A stretch of DNA of 64,000 bases from Anaeramoeba ignava BMAN. Its lineage: Eukaryota; Protista; Anaeramoebae. A model generated the notes under the pieces. It made no database searches, was not told the origin of the DNA, and saw only the letters and a program-made list of their open reading frames with translations. Where the stretch lies: contig JAPDFW010000074.1 of NCBI GenBank assembly GCA_028826165.1, positions 248,001 to 312,000 of the forward strand, given 5' to 3'. Positions 12,512-25,393 of the stretch are shown here, one piece after another. The position numbers were made by a program, and so were the translations under genes. Position 1 is the first letter of the stretch. Each line of letters starts with the position of its first letter.

Positions 12512-15500
12512 TTAAAATTTTGTTAGTTTGAAAAGAGAAGAACAAATCACGATATAAAACTTTTCATTCAAAGGCAATGAAAATAAATTTCTTTCCTAAA
12601 AAAATTAAAATTAAATTTTAAATTAAATTAAAAAATTAAAAAATTTAAATTAAAAAATAATAAATACAGAAGTAATTGCTGCTTCAGTAAATTGAATAAC
12701 TTCACCTATTACTAAATTAGGTAAATTAATACTTGTTGTAATTTGAGAAATACATTCATAATCAAGAAGTGCTCTTTTTTCAATTGAACAATAAGATCCA
12801 TTTTTCAATTCAAATAATATCATTGAACCCAATTTTAATTCAGGAATTTGATTTGTTTTTTCATTTGAAATTTTCTCTAATTTAGTTTCCAATTCATTTG
12901 CCTTTTTTTGTTTTTGTTGAAATAATTCCTTGATTACATCAAATTCACTTAAAACATTAATTGGTTCTTTCATTTGATTTTCATCTCCATATAATTTTTT
13001 GATTTGATTAACAAGTGCAATTAAATGCGATCTTTCTCGCGAAATTTTTTTGAATTTTTCTTGTAATTCTTTCAATTTATTGATACGTTGATCTTTTTTT
13101 TGCATTTGATTTTCCATTTCTTGATTCTTTTTAATTGCTTCCTCTTTTTCTTTTTCAATTTGTTTCATTTTCTGATTAAATTCTTGATTTTCTCTTTTGA
13201 TTCTTTCAAATTCTTCTTGAGAAATTATATTTTTTGGAGTTTCTTGCTCTTTTTCTTTTAATTTTTTTTGTATTTCTTCAATTTCTTTGTTTTTCTCTTC
13301 TTGGATTAAATTAATTTTTTCAGTTAATTGATCAATCTTTTCTTGATTTGGTTTAATTTCATTGTTTAAATTACTAATTTGCATTTTACTTTTTACTAAT
13401 TCTTGATTTAAATTTTGTGTACTATTGATTTCTTGAGTAAGTTTTGTTTTTAATTCTTGATTTTCTCTTTTGATTCTTTCAAATTCTTCTTGAGAAGTTA
13501 GATATTTTTGAATTTCTTGATCTTTTTCTTTTAATTTTGTTTGTATTTCTTCAATTTCTTTGTTTTTCTGTTCTTGGATTAAATTAATTTTTTGAGTTAA
13601 TTGATCAATCTTTTCTTGATTTGGTTTAATTTCATTGTTTAAATTACTAATTTGCATTTTACTTTTTACTAATTCTTGATTTAAATTTTGTGTACTATTG
13701 ATTTCTTGAGTAAGTTTTGTTTTTAATTCTTGATTTTCTCTTTTTATTCTTTCAAATTCTTCTTGAGAAATTAGATATTTTTGAATTTCTTGATCTTTTT
13801 CTTTTAATTTTGTTTGTATTTCTTCAATTTCTTTGTTTTTCTGTTCTTGGATTAAATTAATTTTTTCAGTTAATTGATCAATCTTTTCTTGATTTGGCTT
13901 AATTTCATTGTTCAAATTACTAATTTGCATTCTACTTTGTTCTAATTCTTGATTTAAATTTTGAGTGTTAATATTTTCTTCATCAAGTTTTGATTTTAAT
14001 TCATCCTTTTCTTTTTTGATTTTTTGGAGTTCTTGTTGAAATTGAAGATCATCATTATCAAAACCACCAATAATAAGTTGATTTTCTTTTGGATTTTTTT
14101 GAGAAGCAATATAAACACTCATTTTAGAATCAACAATATCTAATTATAAATAAATGAATGAAAAATAAAAAAAAAGAGAAAGAGAAATATTATAATTATA
14201 ATTATAATTATAATTAAAAATATCAATAAATACTGTTAACTTCTGTTAAAGAAAGTGAAGGCAATAAATTTTCTTGATCAACTGATTGTAATTCAATTTT
14301 AAATTGTGGAACTGCTGTTTTAATAAGAATATCGCGCAGTTCTTTTGGCAAAAATTGAGAGTAATCATTCTGAAATTTTTCTCTTCTGTTGATTTCTTCT
14401 TCAAATGAATTTGCAATTGAAAAGTTTGAATTTTCAATCATTTTTTGTGTCACATTTCTATTGTAAATTTCCACCACAAAACTTTGATAGGCAATATTGA
14501 AATTTTTTTCAGCCTTGATTTTATTAAATCTTTCCAATTCATATAAAAGGGTTTGATTCATTTTCTGAACAATTTCACAAAAATTCATTTTGAAATCGGA
14601 AGTTTGCTTTATAACATCTAATAATTTTTCATGGAATTGCCTTCTTGCATCATTCACAATTTTTTTTAAAGGATTGATTTCTTGCGGATCAATTGATTTC
14701 ACTGATTTCATGTTTTCCTCCTGCAAATTGTATTTTTTTTCTAAGCTTGATATACTTAACTCTTCATAAATATTGTTTTTTAAAACGGTTTTAATATTTT
14801 CAATTTGACTTGAAATGTCCACTTTGATTGATTTAAATTGTTTTAGCATTTCTTGGAAAGAATTTTCTTGATTCGGAAATAATTTTTTAAATTCATTTAA
14901 ACCTTTTTCCCATGAAAAAACAACTTTTTTGAAGTTTCTTTTTGTTTTTTTCACATTTACAAATTCTTGTTTAAAAAAATTTGTGTTTACTTGAAATTGT
15001 TGTTTGAATTCTTGATAATTTTCTTGGAATTCCTGTTCCCAAAAATCAAACAACGTTTTCTTTGTGTTTGAAGAATGAAATTGGGATAAAATTTGGATTT
15101 TCTCTAAATTTTTGAAATCTTTTTCAATTTCTTGCGCTTCTTTTTCCCAATTCTTTCTTTTTTTGATTGCTTTTTCTAAATTTTTGAAGAAATTATAATT
15201 TGATTCGAAAAATTGTTTTGTTGTTTCATATGAATTTTGAAGAAATAAAAAGAGATTTTGTGGTAAAAAAAGTGCCATTCGAAGATTTTTAAGATTTCGA
15301 ATCTTCGTTTTAATTTGCTTTTTAAGACTTTGGAATTTTTGTAAAATTTGGATTCTTTTTTTTACTTCTGGATTATTTGCATCAATTTCTGAAAAATTTA
15401 AATCATCTTTAACTAAAAAATTAAAATCAAATAAAATCAAATAAATTTTATTTATTGATTTTTTTCTTCATTCTTACTTTCTGTTTTTTTTTGTCTGAAA

Positions 15501-15951
15501 TGATATTTTTTGTGATATTTTTCATAAGTTGAAAATTCTAATTTTTTTTGATGCAAACAAAATATAATTTCTTGATTTGGATCGTTTTGTTTTTTAATTG
15601 GCTTTTGTTTTTTGATTAAATTTTTAAAAATTAGAAAAAAAAATTTTTTTTTTGAATCATTTAAATTAATTAAATTTGAATTAAATTTAACTTGAGGTAG
15701 TTCATATTCTTGAAAAGTATTTTCTTGTAAAAGCTCTTTTTTATTATAAAGTAATCTTATTTCTGTTTTTGGAATACCAGTTTTTTGTTCTAACCAAGAT
15801 TTTAATTCAATTACTCTTTTTTTATTTTTTTATTTTTTAAAATTAAATTCGGAAAAAAATAATTAAAACAAATTTTTAATTTTTTGATTTACTTTTGATT
15901 TGGGTCAATTGTATAATTAAATTCTTTTCCAGAATCAGTAATAATTCTCAT
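12512..15951 (-). CDS. ATG11: Autophagy scaffold ATG11/FIP200(RB1CC1)-like, multi-exon
   Basis: N-terminal ubiquitin-like segment (LKSWLEQKTGIPKTEIRLLY); ATG17-like motif AYQSFVVEIYNR...EEEINRREKF...FLP; long coiled coil; C-terminal Claw-like LVIGEVIQ...ERNLFSLPLNEKFYIV completed by a final exon ending at 12512. Confidence 0.75.
13180..14000 (-). repeat. Coding tandem repeat, 273-nt (91-aa) unit, about 3 copies, in the ATG11 coiled coil
   Basis: EKIDQLT(E/Q)KINLIQE recurs at 273-nt spacing (about 13321, 13594, 13867). Confidence 0.9.
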
Positions 15952-16048
15952 ATTTAAATTTGAAAAGAAAAAAATAAAAAGGAAAAAAATGAAAAAAAAT
16001 TTAAAAAAGATTTTTTTTGATTTTCCTTTTTTTTTATTATTATTTTTT

Positions 16049-18079
16049 TCATTTGTTTTCGTTCCATAACCAAAATATTTGGAAAGGATTTAAATTAATG
16101 GAATTTGATAAATCAAAAGTATTTTTGGAAATTAAATCAAAAAAAGTGAACTTTTTGGATTGATTTTTAATTTTTTCCCATTCTTCCCAATTTGAAATTG
16201 AATTAAATTGAAAAACTTGAGGTTTTGAAGAGAAATTAGCAAGAACAATTAAAATTCCTGATAAATCATAAGCTTGCCGAATAAAAACAATTAATTCTTT
16301 TTGGATCGAATTTGGATATTGAGGAAAAAATTGATTTGAATTTGGATGAAAAGCAGGACAATTTCTTCTGATTTGCAGAAGATTTGAGAGCTGATTAAAA
16401 ATACGAGAATTTTCAGAATTTGGATCGTTGAGTTGATTTTCAATTTCTTTTTCAGAATAAGTGTGTCTATTTAAAGCACGATTATATTTTTCTTTTTGGA
16501 ATTTTTCAAAATCATTCCGAGTGCCAACCAAACTATGGAAATAAATGGCAGGAATACCTTTGAGACTCATTGTGAAAGCTTGAGAAAGAATAAATCTGGA
16601 AATGTTATTTTCCAATTTTTTTTGATTTGGATCTAATTGGAAAATAGAAGATGAACTTAAAGCATCAAGATAAACGATATTCAATTCATAAGGACTAATT
16701 GATCCATCAGAATTTTTTTTGAATGACACTTTTCCACCAAGTGATTCAACATGTTTTATGAGTTTTTCAAGTTCTTTTTGTGGGATTATCCCCTCTAAAG
16801 GACGAACCCCAATTCCATCATGAGAAGCAGTAAAATTTAAAAAAGTGCAATCATTTGGAATTTTAATTTGATTTAGTGAATTTATCCACTTGACAATTTG
16901 TTCCACATTTTCATTCAGAAGTGAATATAATAGCAAAGGTGGTAAAGGGAATTGATAACACATGTGTGCTTCTTTGTAATGTTGTTCCCCATTTTCTGTG
17001 ATTCCTAAATAGCTGATGTTTTCTTGATGAGGAACGTTTGTTTCAGTTAGAATTATTGCATTTTTGGTTTCTTCAAATAAATCAACTAAATCTCTCATAA
17101 TTTGAACAATTTGATGAACTTGAGGAAGATGGATTGATTTAGTTCCAATTTCTTTCCAAATATAAGCGATTGCATCTTTTTATTTATTCAAAGAAAAAAT
17201 TATTCAAAAAAAGATTATTCAACAAAAAATTATTACCAAGTCGGATAATTCTTGCACCTTTAATAATAAAGAATATTAATAAATCAAGGAATTCAAAAAG
17301 AACATTTGGTGAATTAAAATTTAAATCTACTTGATCATCACTTAATTTTTAAAAAAGCAAAAAAATAATAAAAAATAAATCAAAATTTTGTTCCACTTTT
17401 TTTTTTTACCTAAAAGTTGTCCAAATTAATTTTTTATCTCCAGAAATTGTTTTAAATTCGGTTAAAAGAGGAGATTGTCTTGGTCTAACAACAGAAGAAA
17501 AATCAATTTTCTCAATTTCTTGAGGAGAAAAAACATGAAAGAAATTTTCAACTTCTTTTTTTTCATTTAAGAAATCAATAAACCATTGATTTTTAGAAGA
17601 ACAATGATTTAAAACCAAATCAAAACATAAATTAATTTTTTTGCTCAATTCCAATAAATTTTCCCAGTTTGAAGAAATTTTTGGATTGATTCTTCTGTAA
17701 TCTAAATAAGAGAGTAAATGTACCAGAATTAAAACATAATTTTGAGAAAAAATTGTAATTTACCAATTATTGAAAACCCATCATCAGAAGTCCAAGGAAA
17801 AAAGGGAAGAATATGAACTGTTGAAAAAAAATGATTGATTTTTTTGTTGATTAAAAATTTTTCAAAAGTTTTGATTGTTTCTTCTTCTGGTTTTTCGATA
17901 ATATCTCCATATGTAATTAATACTGCATCTTTTTGATCCCATTTTGAATTTTGTTGATTTATTTTTTTTTTTAAAGAAAGATGATATTTTTTGGAAATTT
18001 GTTGAAGTTTTGAAAGAAATTGAGATTTTAAAGAATTATTTTTATATAAAGAAGCAATTTTTTGAGCAATTTTTTCCAT
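16049..18079 (-). CDS. GH13_18 sugar phosphorylase (sucrose/glucosylglycerate phosphorylase-like); introns 17763-17702, 17409-17341, 17236-17176
   Basis: Motifs LITYGD, VHILPFFP..SDDGF, DLVLNH, WTTFS..QVDLNF, RLDAIAY (nucleophile), TETNVPH (acid/base), ASHDGIG and PYELN are restored by three GT-AG introns. Confidence 0.9.
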
Positions 18080-18199
18080 TTCAAAAAAAAAAATGAAAAA
18101 ATTAAAAATTAAAAAAAATATTTTTCATTTTTTTCTTTATAAAATTAAATTTAATAAGAGTTAAAATTAAAATTAAATTTAAATTTAATAAGAGTTAAA

Positions 18200-20103
18200 A
18201 TGGGTGATGATTTTTACAGTTTATGGAAAAGAGCAACTATTGTTTGTGCAGTTACTTTTGGAGTATTTAACTTTGTTTTAATTGTTGATACTCTTATTTG
18301 GTATTTTTATCTTCGAAGAAAAGAGAAACCAAATTTATTACTTATAAATTATGATGATCAAAAATATAATCTTTGGCATTATATTAAGAGAGATATACGT
18401 GGTGCAAGTTTATCAACTCTTGGTAATTATATTTGTTTAATGGGTGGAACAATACGTAGAGTAAGTTAAAAATATTTAAATAAATATAAATATTATTATA
18501 ATTATAAATATAAATATAAATATAAATATAAATATAAATATAAATATAAATATAAATAAAAATATAAATATATAAATCTAAATATAAATATTTAAATAAA
18601 TATAAAAATAAAAATAAATATAAATATAAATATAAATATAAATATAAATATCAATATAAATATAAATATAAATATAAATATAAATATAAATATAATTATA
18701 AATATAATTATAAATATAAATATAAATAAATATAAATATAAATATAAATATAAATATTTATTTATAAATTCAAAATTAAAAGGCTTTTACAAATGCTTCT
18801 AATTTTGATATTCAACAAATGTGGTGGCATTCTTTAGTTTCAGTAATTGATATTACAATTTTAATTCTAGTGAATAAATATCTAGCAAGCAACACACTTG
18901 ATGATTTAGGATTTCCACAATTTTACAACAAAAAAGGATGGAAATTATCATGGAAAAAATTATGGAGAAGATTATTAATAGTATTAGGGATTGTAATAGG
19001 AACACATACAATAACACCATTACTTTATTATTTTGCATCATGTTTTAACTCAATGCATGTTTTTGATTATTCAAATACTTCTATTTATCAATCTCATGGT
19101 GTTGCTGGTGTTGTTTACTTCTTTTTTGTTCAACAAATTTGCTTTTTTATTAATGGTGTTGATGAAGAAAGTTATTGGAGAGGTTTTACTAATGCTATTT
19201 ATTCAAAAGAACAAACTTCTCGTGTTGTTATGTATTTTATTAGTGGTTGGATGTATGCTATGGACCATTCTTTAAATGGTGGTTCTTCTAATTTGGGTAG
19301 TTATGCTATGGTCGTTATGAATATTGTAGATTTCTTTTTATTTTCAATTTGAATTATAATTAAAATTCATTTATAAAATTAAAATTAAAATTAAAATCAA
19401 AATTAAAATTAAAATCAAAATTAAAATTAAAATTAAAATTAAAATTAAAATTAAAATTAAAATCAAAATTAAAATTCATTTATAAAATTAAAATTAAAAT
19501 CAAAATTAAAATTAAAATTCATTTATAAAATTAAAAATTAAAATTTGGAAAGGTTTTGGAAGGTGCAGCTTGGATGTATCTTTATAGATCAACTCGAGAT
19601 CTTGTTGGAAATTGGCTTTTACATGATATTGATGATGTAAAAAAAATAATCAATAAAAAAATAATCAAAAACAAAATTAAAAAAAACAAAACAAAAACGA
19701 AAAGCTTTTTAGTCTTTGGTTTGGAGCAACAAGCTTAGCAGGATATGGACTTCCAGGAGGACAAATTGCACCATATAAAATAGGGTGTTCAAGAGTATGG
19801 ATAGATGGGGGAGATTTTGGTACAGGAGGAAGTATTCTTTATTTGGGTCAAGATGCTTATACTTTTTTATATATTTTTCTTTTGAATAAATATGCTAAGA
19901 AAACTTTAAGAATATTAACAAATCCAAGACTTCCAAATTCTCCTTCTCATTCTTTTCTTGATTCTTCTTTTACTCAAAATGAGTTTTCAGTTAATGAAAC
20001 TACTTCTTTGGTTGATAAGAAAAAAAATTTAATTGAAAAATATATTGAAACTGATTCTTCTGATTTACAAAATGATTCAGAATTAAAAAAAAAACAAAAA
20101 TAG
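18200..20103 (+). CDS. CPBP (Abi/CAAX-protease family) intramembrane glutamic/metallo-protease, multi-exon
   Basis: Multiple TM segments with EESYWRG (EExxxR), YAMDH and LLHDIDD motifs across spliced ORF pieces. Confidence 0.65.
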
Positions 20104-20723
20104 TTTTGAATTTCAACAAAGAATTTTAAAACAAATTTTTTTAATTTTAAAGGAGAATTTAACATGAAACTTTTAACATTTAACATTTAACATTCAAAAT
20201 TAAAATTCATTTATAAAATTAAAATTAAAACTAAAATTAAAATCAAAATTAAAATTAAAATTCATTTATAAAATTAAAATTAAAATTAAAATTAAAATTG
20301 AATTAAAATTAAAATTCATTTATAAACTAAAATTAAAATTAAAATTAAAATTAAAATTAAAATTAAAATTAAAATTAAAATTAAAATTAAAATTCATTTA
20401 TAAACTAAAATTAAAATTAAAATTAAAATTAAAATCAAAATTAAAATTTAAATTAAAATCAAAATTAAAATTAAAATTAAATTTAAAATTAGAAAATGGA
20501 TTAAAAAATGGATTAGAAAATGAATTAAAAAATGAATTGGAAAATGAATTAGAAAATGAATTAAAAATTGGATTAAAAAATGGATTGGAAAATGAATTAG
20601 AAATTTTTTTTTCTCCTTTATGTTTTTTTTTCTCCTTTTTTTTTTAATAATAAAAATAAAAACAAAAAAACGTTTTTCATTTTTTTTTTCATTTTTTTTC
20701 ATTTTTTTTTCATTTTAAAATAA

Positions 20724-22115
20724 ATGGCAACAAGAAATTTAACAGTAATTTTTTTTAAACTTAGAGATTCTTTTGGAGCAGTTTATCAACAACCATTTCA
20801 AATTGATAAAGATCCTCTTATTGAAATGAATGAAATACAAAATGGAGAATTTAAACCAAATACAAAAGATGAAATTTCATTATCACTTCCTCCAAGATAT
20901 GTTGATACTGTTGAAGAAGTTCAATTTGAAATTTCTGAGATTGAAAAAAAATGTAGAACTTTATTCAATTAAAATATAATTTTTTAAGTTGAAAAAAAAG
21001 AAAAAAATATTAAGAAATTGTTTTTTAATTGAAAAATTTTGTTTGTTTTTTGTTTATTTTTTGTTTGTTTTTTTTTTAGTGGTTACTCTTGAAGATTTAC
21101 ATGGAAAACAACTTACTCCTGATTTTGAAGATGATGTTGATACTGAACAAAATATTGAAATTTTAACTGATAAAATTTCAAGAATGTTTATATCTTGTGA
21201 AAAAAAAATTAGAGAAGTAAAAATCAATCAAAAATATAAATATATATATATTTATATTATATATTTATATTTATTTTTATATTTATTTTTATATTTATTT
21301 TTATATTTATTTCAAAATTTATTTTAATATTTATTTTAAATATTTATTTCATTTATTAAGATTGGGCCAATTTCATCAATGAAACAAAAACAATTATCTT
21401 CAGAAGAAATGATGAAGAGAAATATGCAAATTTCTTTAGCAACAAAATTACAAGAATTAACAGCAAAATTTAGAAAACAACAATCATTTTATTTAAAAGG
21501 TTTAATATAATAAAAATTATTTTAATATTAATTTTAAAAGAAAAAAAGAAAGGAAATAATTCTAATTAAAATTGTTTTTTGAATTTTATTTCAAAAAGAA
21601 TTAAAAAGTCAAGAAGAAAAACATAAAAATTATTTTCCACAAACAAAAACGAATTTAATAGAAGAACCCGAATCTCAAGATGATGAAGTTATTATTAATG
21701 ATAAAGTATTTTTAAGTTCATTTTTATTATTGATGATAATTTATAATTGAAAAAATTCAATTAATATTTTGCATTTATAAATAAAAAGGGATTTACAAAC
21801 GCACAAAAATTAAAAGTAAAAACAAATATGGATATTATTAATGAAAGAGAACAAGAAATTGAAAAAATTGCACGCTCTATCAATGATTTAGCAGAAATGT
21901 TTAAAGAATTATCAATTCTTGTTATTGATCAAGGAACAATGATTGATAGAATTGATTATAATATTGAACAAGTTGTTGAAGCTGTTGAAGAAGCTCTGCA
22001 AGAAAATGAAAAAGCAAATAAATATCAAAAAAGATCAAGACTAACTTTGTGCATAATTTGCATGATTGTTGTTGTTTTCGCAATGGTTGTCGTTCTTATA
22101 ATAAGAAAATCTTAA
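20724..22115 (+). CDS. STX16: Syntaxin-16/Tlg2-type Qa SNARE, multi-exon
   Basis: N-peptide MATRNLTVIF, LPPRYVD, SNARE motif EREQEIEKIARSINDLAEMFKELSILVIDQGTMIDRIDYNIE and a C-terminal TM. Confidence 0.9.
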
Positions 22116-22347
22116 ATGAATAAAATTTTTCTTTTTTTTTTTTCTTTTAAAATTTAAATGAAGTTTCCTTTTTTTCCTTCTCTTTTTTTTATGATAATTT
22201 TAAACAAGAAAAGATTATTTTTAATTTTGATTTTGATTTTGATTATGATTATTAAATTTCTTAATTAATAAATTCAATAAATTTGGATTTGTTTGATTAA
22301 ATTTTTTGATAAATTCCTTTGTTTTTTTCTTTTCTTCATTTTGATTA

Positions 22348-24171
22348 TTAAATTTTGTTAATTAATAAATCAAATAAATTTGGATTTGTTTGATTTAATT
22401 GAAAATAATCAATTCCTCTTTTAATTTCATTAATAATTTCTTTTGTAATTTCAATTTCATCTTTAATTTGATTTGAATAAATCCAATATTCAAATATTTG
22501 AAATGATTTATCACTTAATTCACTATAATCTGTAACTTTATTTGATTTATCTTCTGTTACAGATAAAAACATTCCTCGATATAATTCACTTCTCATTATT
22601 AATATTAATTTGGGAAATTTATATTGTTTTTCTTTTCTTTCAATAATAAAATCTTTTTCATTTTCATTTTCATTTTCATTTAAATAAATTCTTTTCATTG
22701 TTTCTTCTATTTTTTCATTTGAATTTATAATTTCTTTAATTTCAGAATATAATATTGGATTTATTTTGGAATTATTTGAATAAATCATTTCAAATATTTG
22801 ATTTGATTCTTTAGTTGATTTTTTTGAAATAATTTCTTGAAGTTTTTCATTTTCATTTTCATCTTGATTTAATCTATATTTCAATATTAATTTATGAGCT
22901 TTGATTATTTCTCCATTTTCGGTTTTAAATGAAATATTACAAAATTCTTTTCTTTCAAATAATTTTATCAAATCTTCTTCAAGATTGGAAAAAGGAGAAA
23001 GGAAAGGAGAATAATAAAGAAATGATTTGAATTCTCCACAAGAAAGATGATAATTAGAAATATTTTCATTAAATCTTAATTTAGGAAGTTCAATTTGAAT
23101 TGGAATTAATTGATCATTTATATCTTCAGTTCCTAATTCACCATATTCATTACTTCCAAATCCTATTAATTTTCCTTTTGTTGTTAATATCAAAGTATGA
23201 GCATTTCCAACAGAAAACTCAAGAATAATATCATCATTTTCAAATAAAGATGATTTGATTTCAGTAAATTTATAAGTATTTTCTCCGTATTTTTTACCAA
23301 GTCCATTAAATTGATAAAATCCACATGAATAAAGTTTTCTTTTTCGATTTTGATTTTCAATCAACATTATTGAATAATAATATCCACATTGAATATCAAT
23401 TATTTTGCCTTTTGGAATATTTTGGATTTGGGTTAATTTTGTGATTTTTGGATGCTTTAATATTTTTTGTGAGAATCCAAGTTGGCCATAATAATTATCA
23501 CCACATCCAAATAATTCTTGATTTGAATTTAAAAGAAAAACATGTTTTGAAGAACTTCCTGAAAATATTTTAGAAACATTTTTCATCATTAAAATTGGTT
23601 TTTCTGTTTCTTCAAGTGTTTCAGAATCAAAACCAAGTTGACCATAATAATTTGAACCAATTCCATAAACATTTTGATTTGAAGTTAATAAATAAATTGA
23701 AAAAGCTCCAGAAACAATATCTTGAATTATTCTATCATTTATATCTTCAATTAATGATGAAATATTGATAAATTCTTTTGGATTTTCTGGATTAATATAT
23801 ATTCCTTTGGCGAATACATTTCCTTCTATTGTTAAAATAGCTTCATTGAGATAACCAACAGTTACTTTTTGAATATTTTCTTCAATTTGGATTTTTTTAG
23901 GATTTTGATATGAATTTCTTAAATATTCTATTGCTTTTCCATTTTCAAAAAGGAAAATTATTGAATAGTTTCCTGTTGAAATTTGTTTAATTTGTTTTTC
24001 ATTTTCATTTTCATTTTCATTTTCATTTTCATTTTCATTTTCATTTTCATTTTCATTTTCATTTTCATTTTCATTTTCAAATTTAAATTGAATTTGTTTT
24101 GTTATTTTTTCTGTTTCATTTTCGATAAGTTTTGGATTTTTATTTAAACCAAAAAATAAAATTTCATTCAT
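22348..24171 (-). CDS. RCC1-repeat + BTB/POZ domain protein
   Basis: RCC1 repeats (GSNYYGQLG, GDNYYGQLG, GNAHTLIL, GSNEYGELG) followed by BTB-like IKAHKLILKYR and LILIMRSELYRGMF; intronless. Confidence 0.85.
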   Translation of the reverse strand: MNEILFFGLNKNPKLIENETEKITKQIQFKFENENENENENENENENENENENENENEKQIKQISTGNYSIIFLFENGKAIEYLRNSYQNPKKIQIEENIQKVTVGYLNEAILTIEGNVFAKGIYINPENPKEFINISSLIEDINDRIIQDIVSGAFSIYLLTSNQNVYGIGSNYYGQLGFDSETLEETEKPILMMKNVSKIFSGSSSKHVFLLNSNQELFGCGDNYYGQLGFSQKILKHPKITKLTQIQNIPKGKIIDIQCGYYYSIMLIENQNRKRKLYSCGFYQFNGLGKKYGENTYKFTEIKSSLFENDDIILEFSVGNAHTLILTTKGKLIGFGSNEYGELGTEDINDQLIPIQIELPKLRFNENISNYHLSCGEFKSFLYYSPFLSPFSNLEEDLIKLFERKEFCNISFKTENGEIIKAHKLILKYRLNQDENENEKLQEIISKKSTKESNQIFEMIYSNNSKINPILYSEIKEIINSNEKIEETMKRIYLNENENENEKDFIIERKEKQYKFPKLILIMRSELYRGMFLSVTEDKSNKVTDYSELSDKSFQIFEYWIYSNQIKDEIEITKEIINEIKRGIDYFQLNQTNPNLFDLLINKI

Positions 24172-24339
24172 TTTTGAAAATAAAAAAAATGAAAAAATAA
24201 TTTTGGATTTTTGATTTTGATTTTTATTTTGATTTTAATTTTAATTTTAAAACAAATTTCCCAATTAATATTAATTCAATCAAATTCAAAAAAAAAGATA
24301 AAATTTTAATTTCAAAAAAATCAATTTCATTCCACTTTT

Positions 24340-24895
24340 ATATTTAAATCTAAAATAATAAATTAATATTTTAAACATAAAATTAAATATTAAATTATAT
24401 TTTTAAATTAATTTTTAAATTGAATATTAAATTAAATCTATTTTCATTTTTGATATTTTTATGTTAAATATTTAAATAATAAAATATTTAAATATAAAAC
24501 ATTAAATTAATATTTTAATAATAAAATTAAATATTAAATTATAATTTTAAATTAATTTATAAATTAAATATTAAATTAAATCTATTTTCATTTTTTTATA
24601 TTTATATGTTTAAATATTTAAATAATAAAATATTTAAATCTAAAACAATAAATTATTATTTTAAACATAAAATTAAATATTAAATTATATTTTTAGATTG
24701 ATTTATAAATTAAATATTAAATTAAATCTATTCTTATTTTTTATATTTTTATGTTAAATATTTAAATAATAAAATATTTAAATCTAAAACATTAAATTAA
24801 TATTTTAAACATAAAATTAAATATTAAATTATATTTTTAAATTGATTTATAAATTAAATATTAAATTAAATCTATTCTTATTTTTTATATTTACA
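24340..24895 (+). repeat. ~145-bp AT-rich satellite, about 4 units
   Basis: TATTTAAAT(C/A)TAAAA recurs at about 24341, 24485, 24631 and 24775. Confidence 0.85.
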
Positions 24896-24899
24896 AAAA

Positions 24900-25393
24900 G
24901 AAAAAAAATGTATAAATTTGAATCAAATTTTTAATTTAGATTTAATTTAGATTTAAATTAGATTTAATTAATAATTAAATTAGAAATAAAATTCTCTTTC
25001 TTTTTCTTATTAAATTATTATTAAATTATTATTAAATTATTATTAAATTATTATTAAATTTCTTTTCTTTTTTTTTTGAAAATTTAAATTAAAATTTATT
25101 TCATTAATTTAAATAGAAATTATCATTAATTAATAATAAAAAATTATTTCTAAAATATAATTTAATTTTAATTTTAAATTCATTTATTCAATTTTTTAAT
25201 TAAAAAATTAATCATTTTTTTTCTTCTTCTTTCATTCTTTTTTTCTTTCAAACAAAAACAAAAACAAAAACAAAAAAGTAAGAAAAAAAATATTTTTTAA
25301 TTAATAAACACAAAATAAACACAAAAATAAACTTATTTTATTAATTTTCTATTTATTTTTAATTCAAAAATAGTTAATAAAACAAAACAAAAA
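24900..25393 (+). promoter_or_regulatory. Conserved ~500-bp upstream module of the receptor genes (putative promoter/5' UTR)
   Basis: Near-identical block (TTTAGATTTAA repeats, AAATAGAAATTATCATTAATT, TTTCATTCTTTTTTTCTTTCAAAC, AAACACAAAATAAACACAAAAATAAAC) precedes copies A-F and begins again before G. Confidence 0.6.

Noticed and set aside
16049-18079. Bacterial contamination as the explanation for the phosphorylase
   Set aside because: It has three canonical introns, host-like composition and eukaryotic neighbours.
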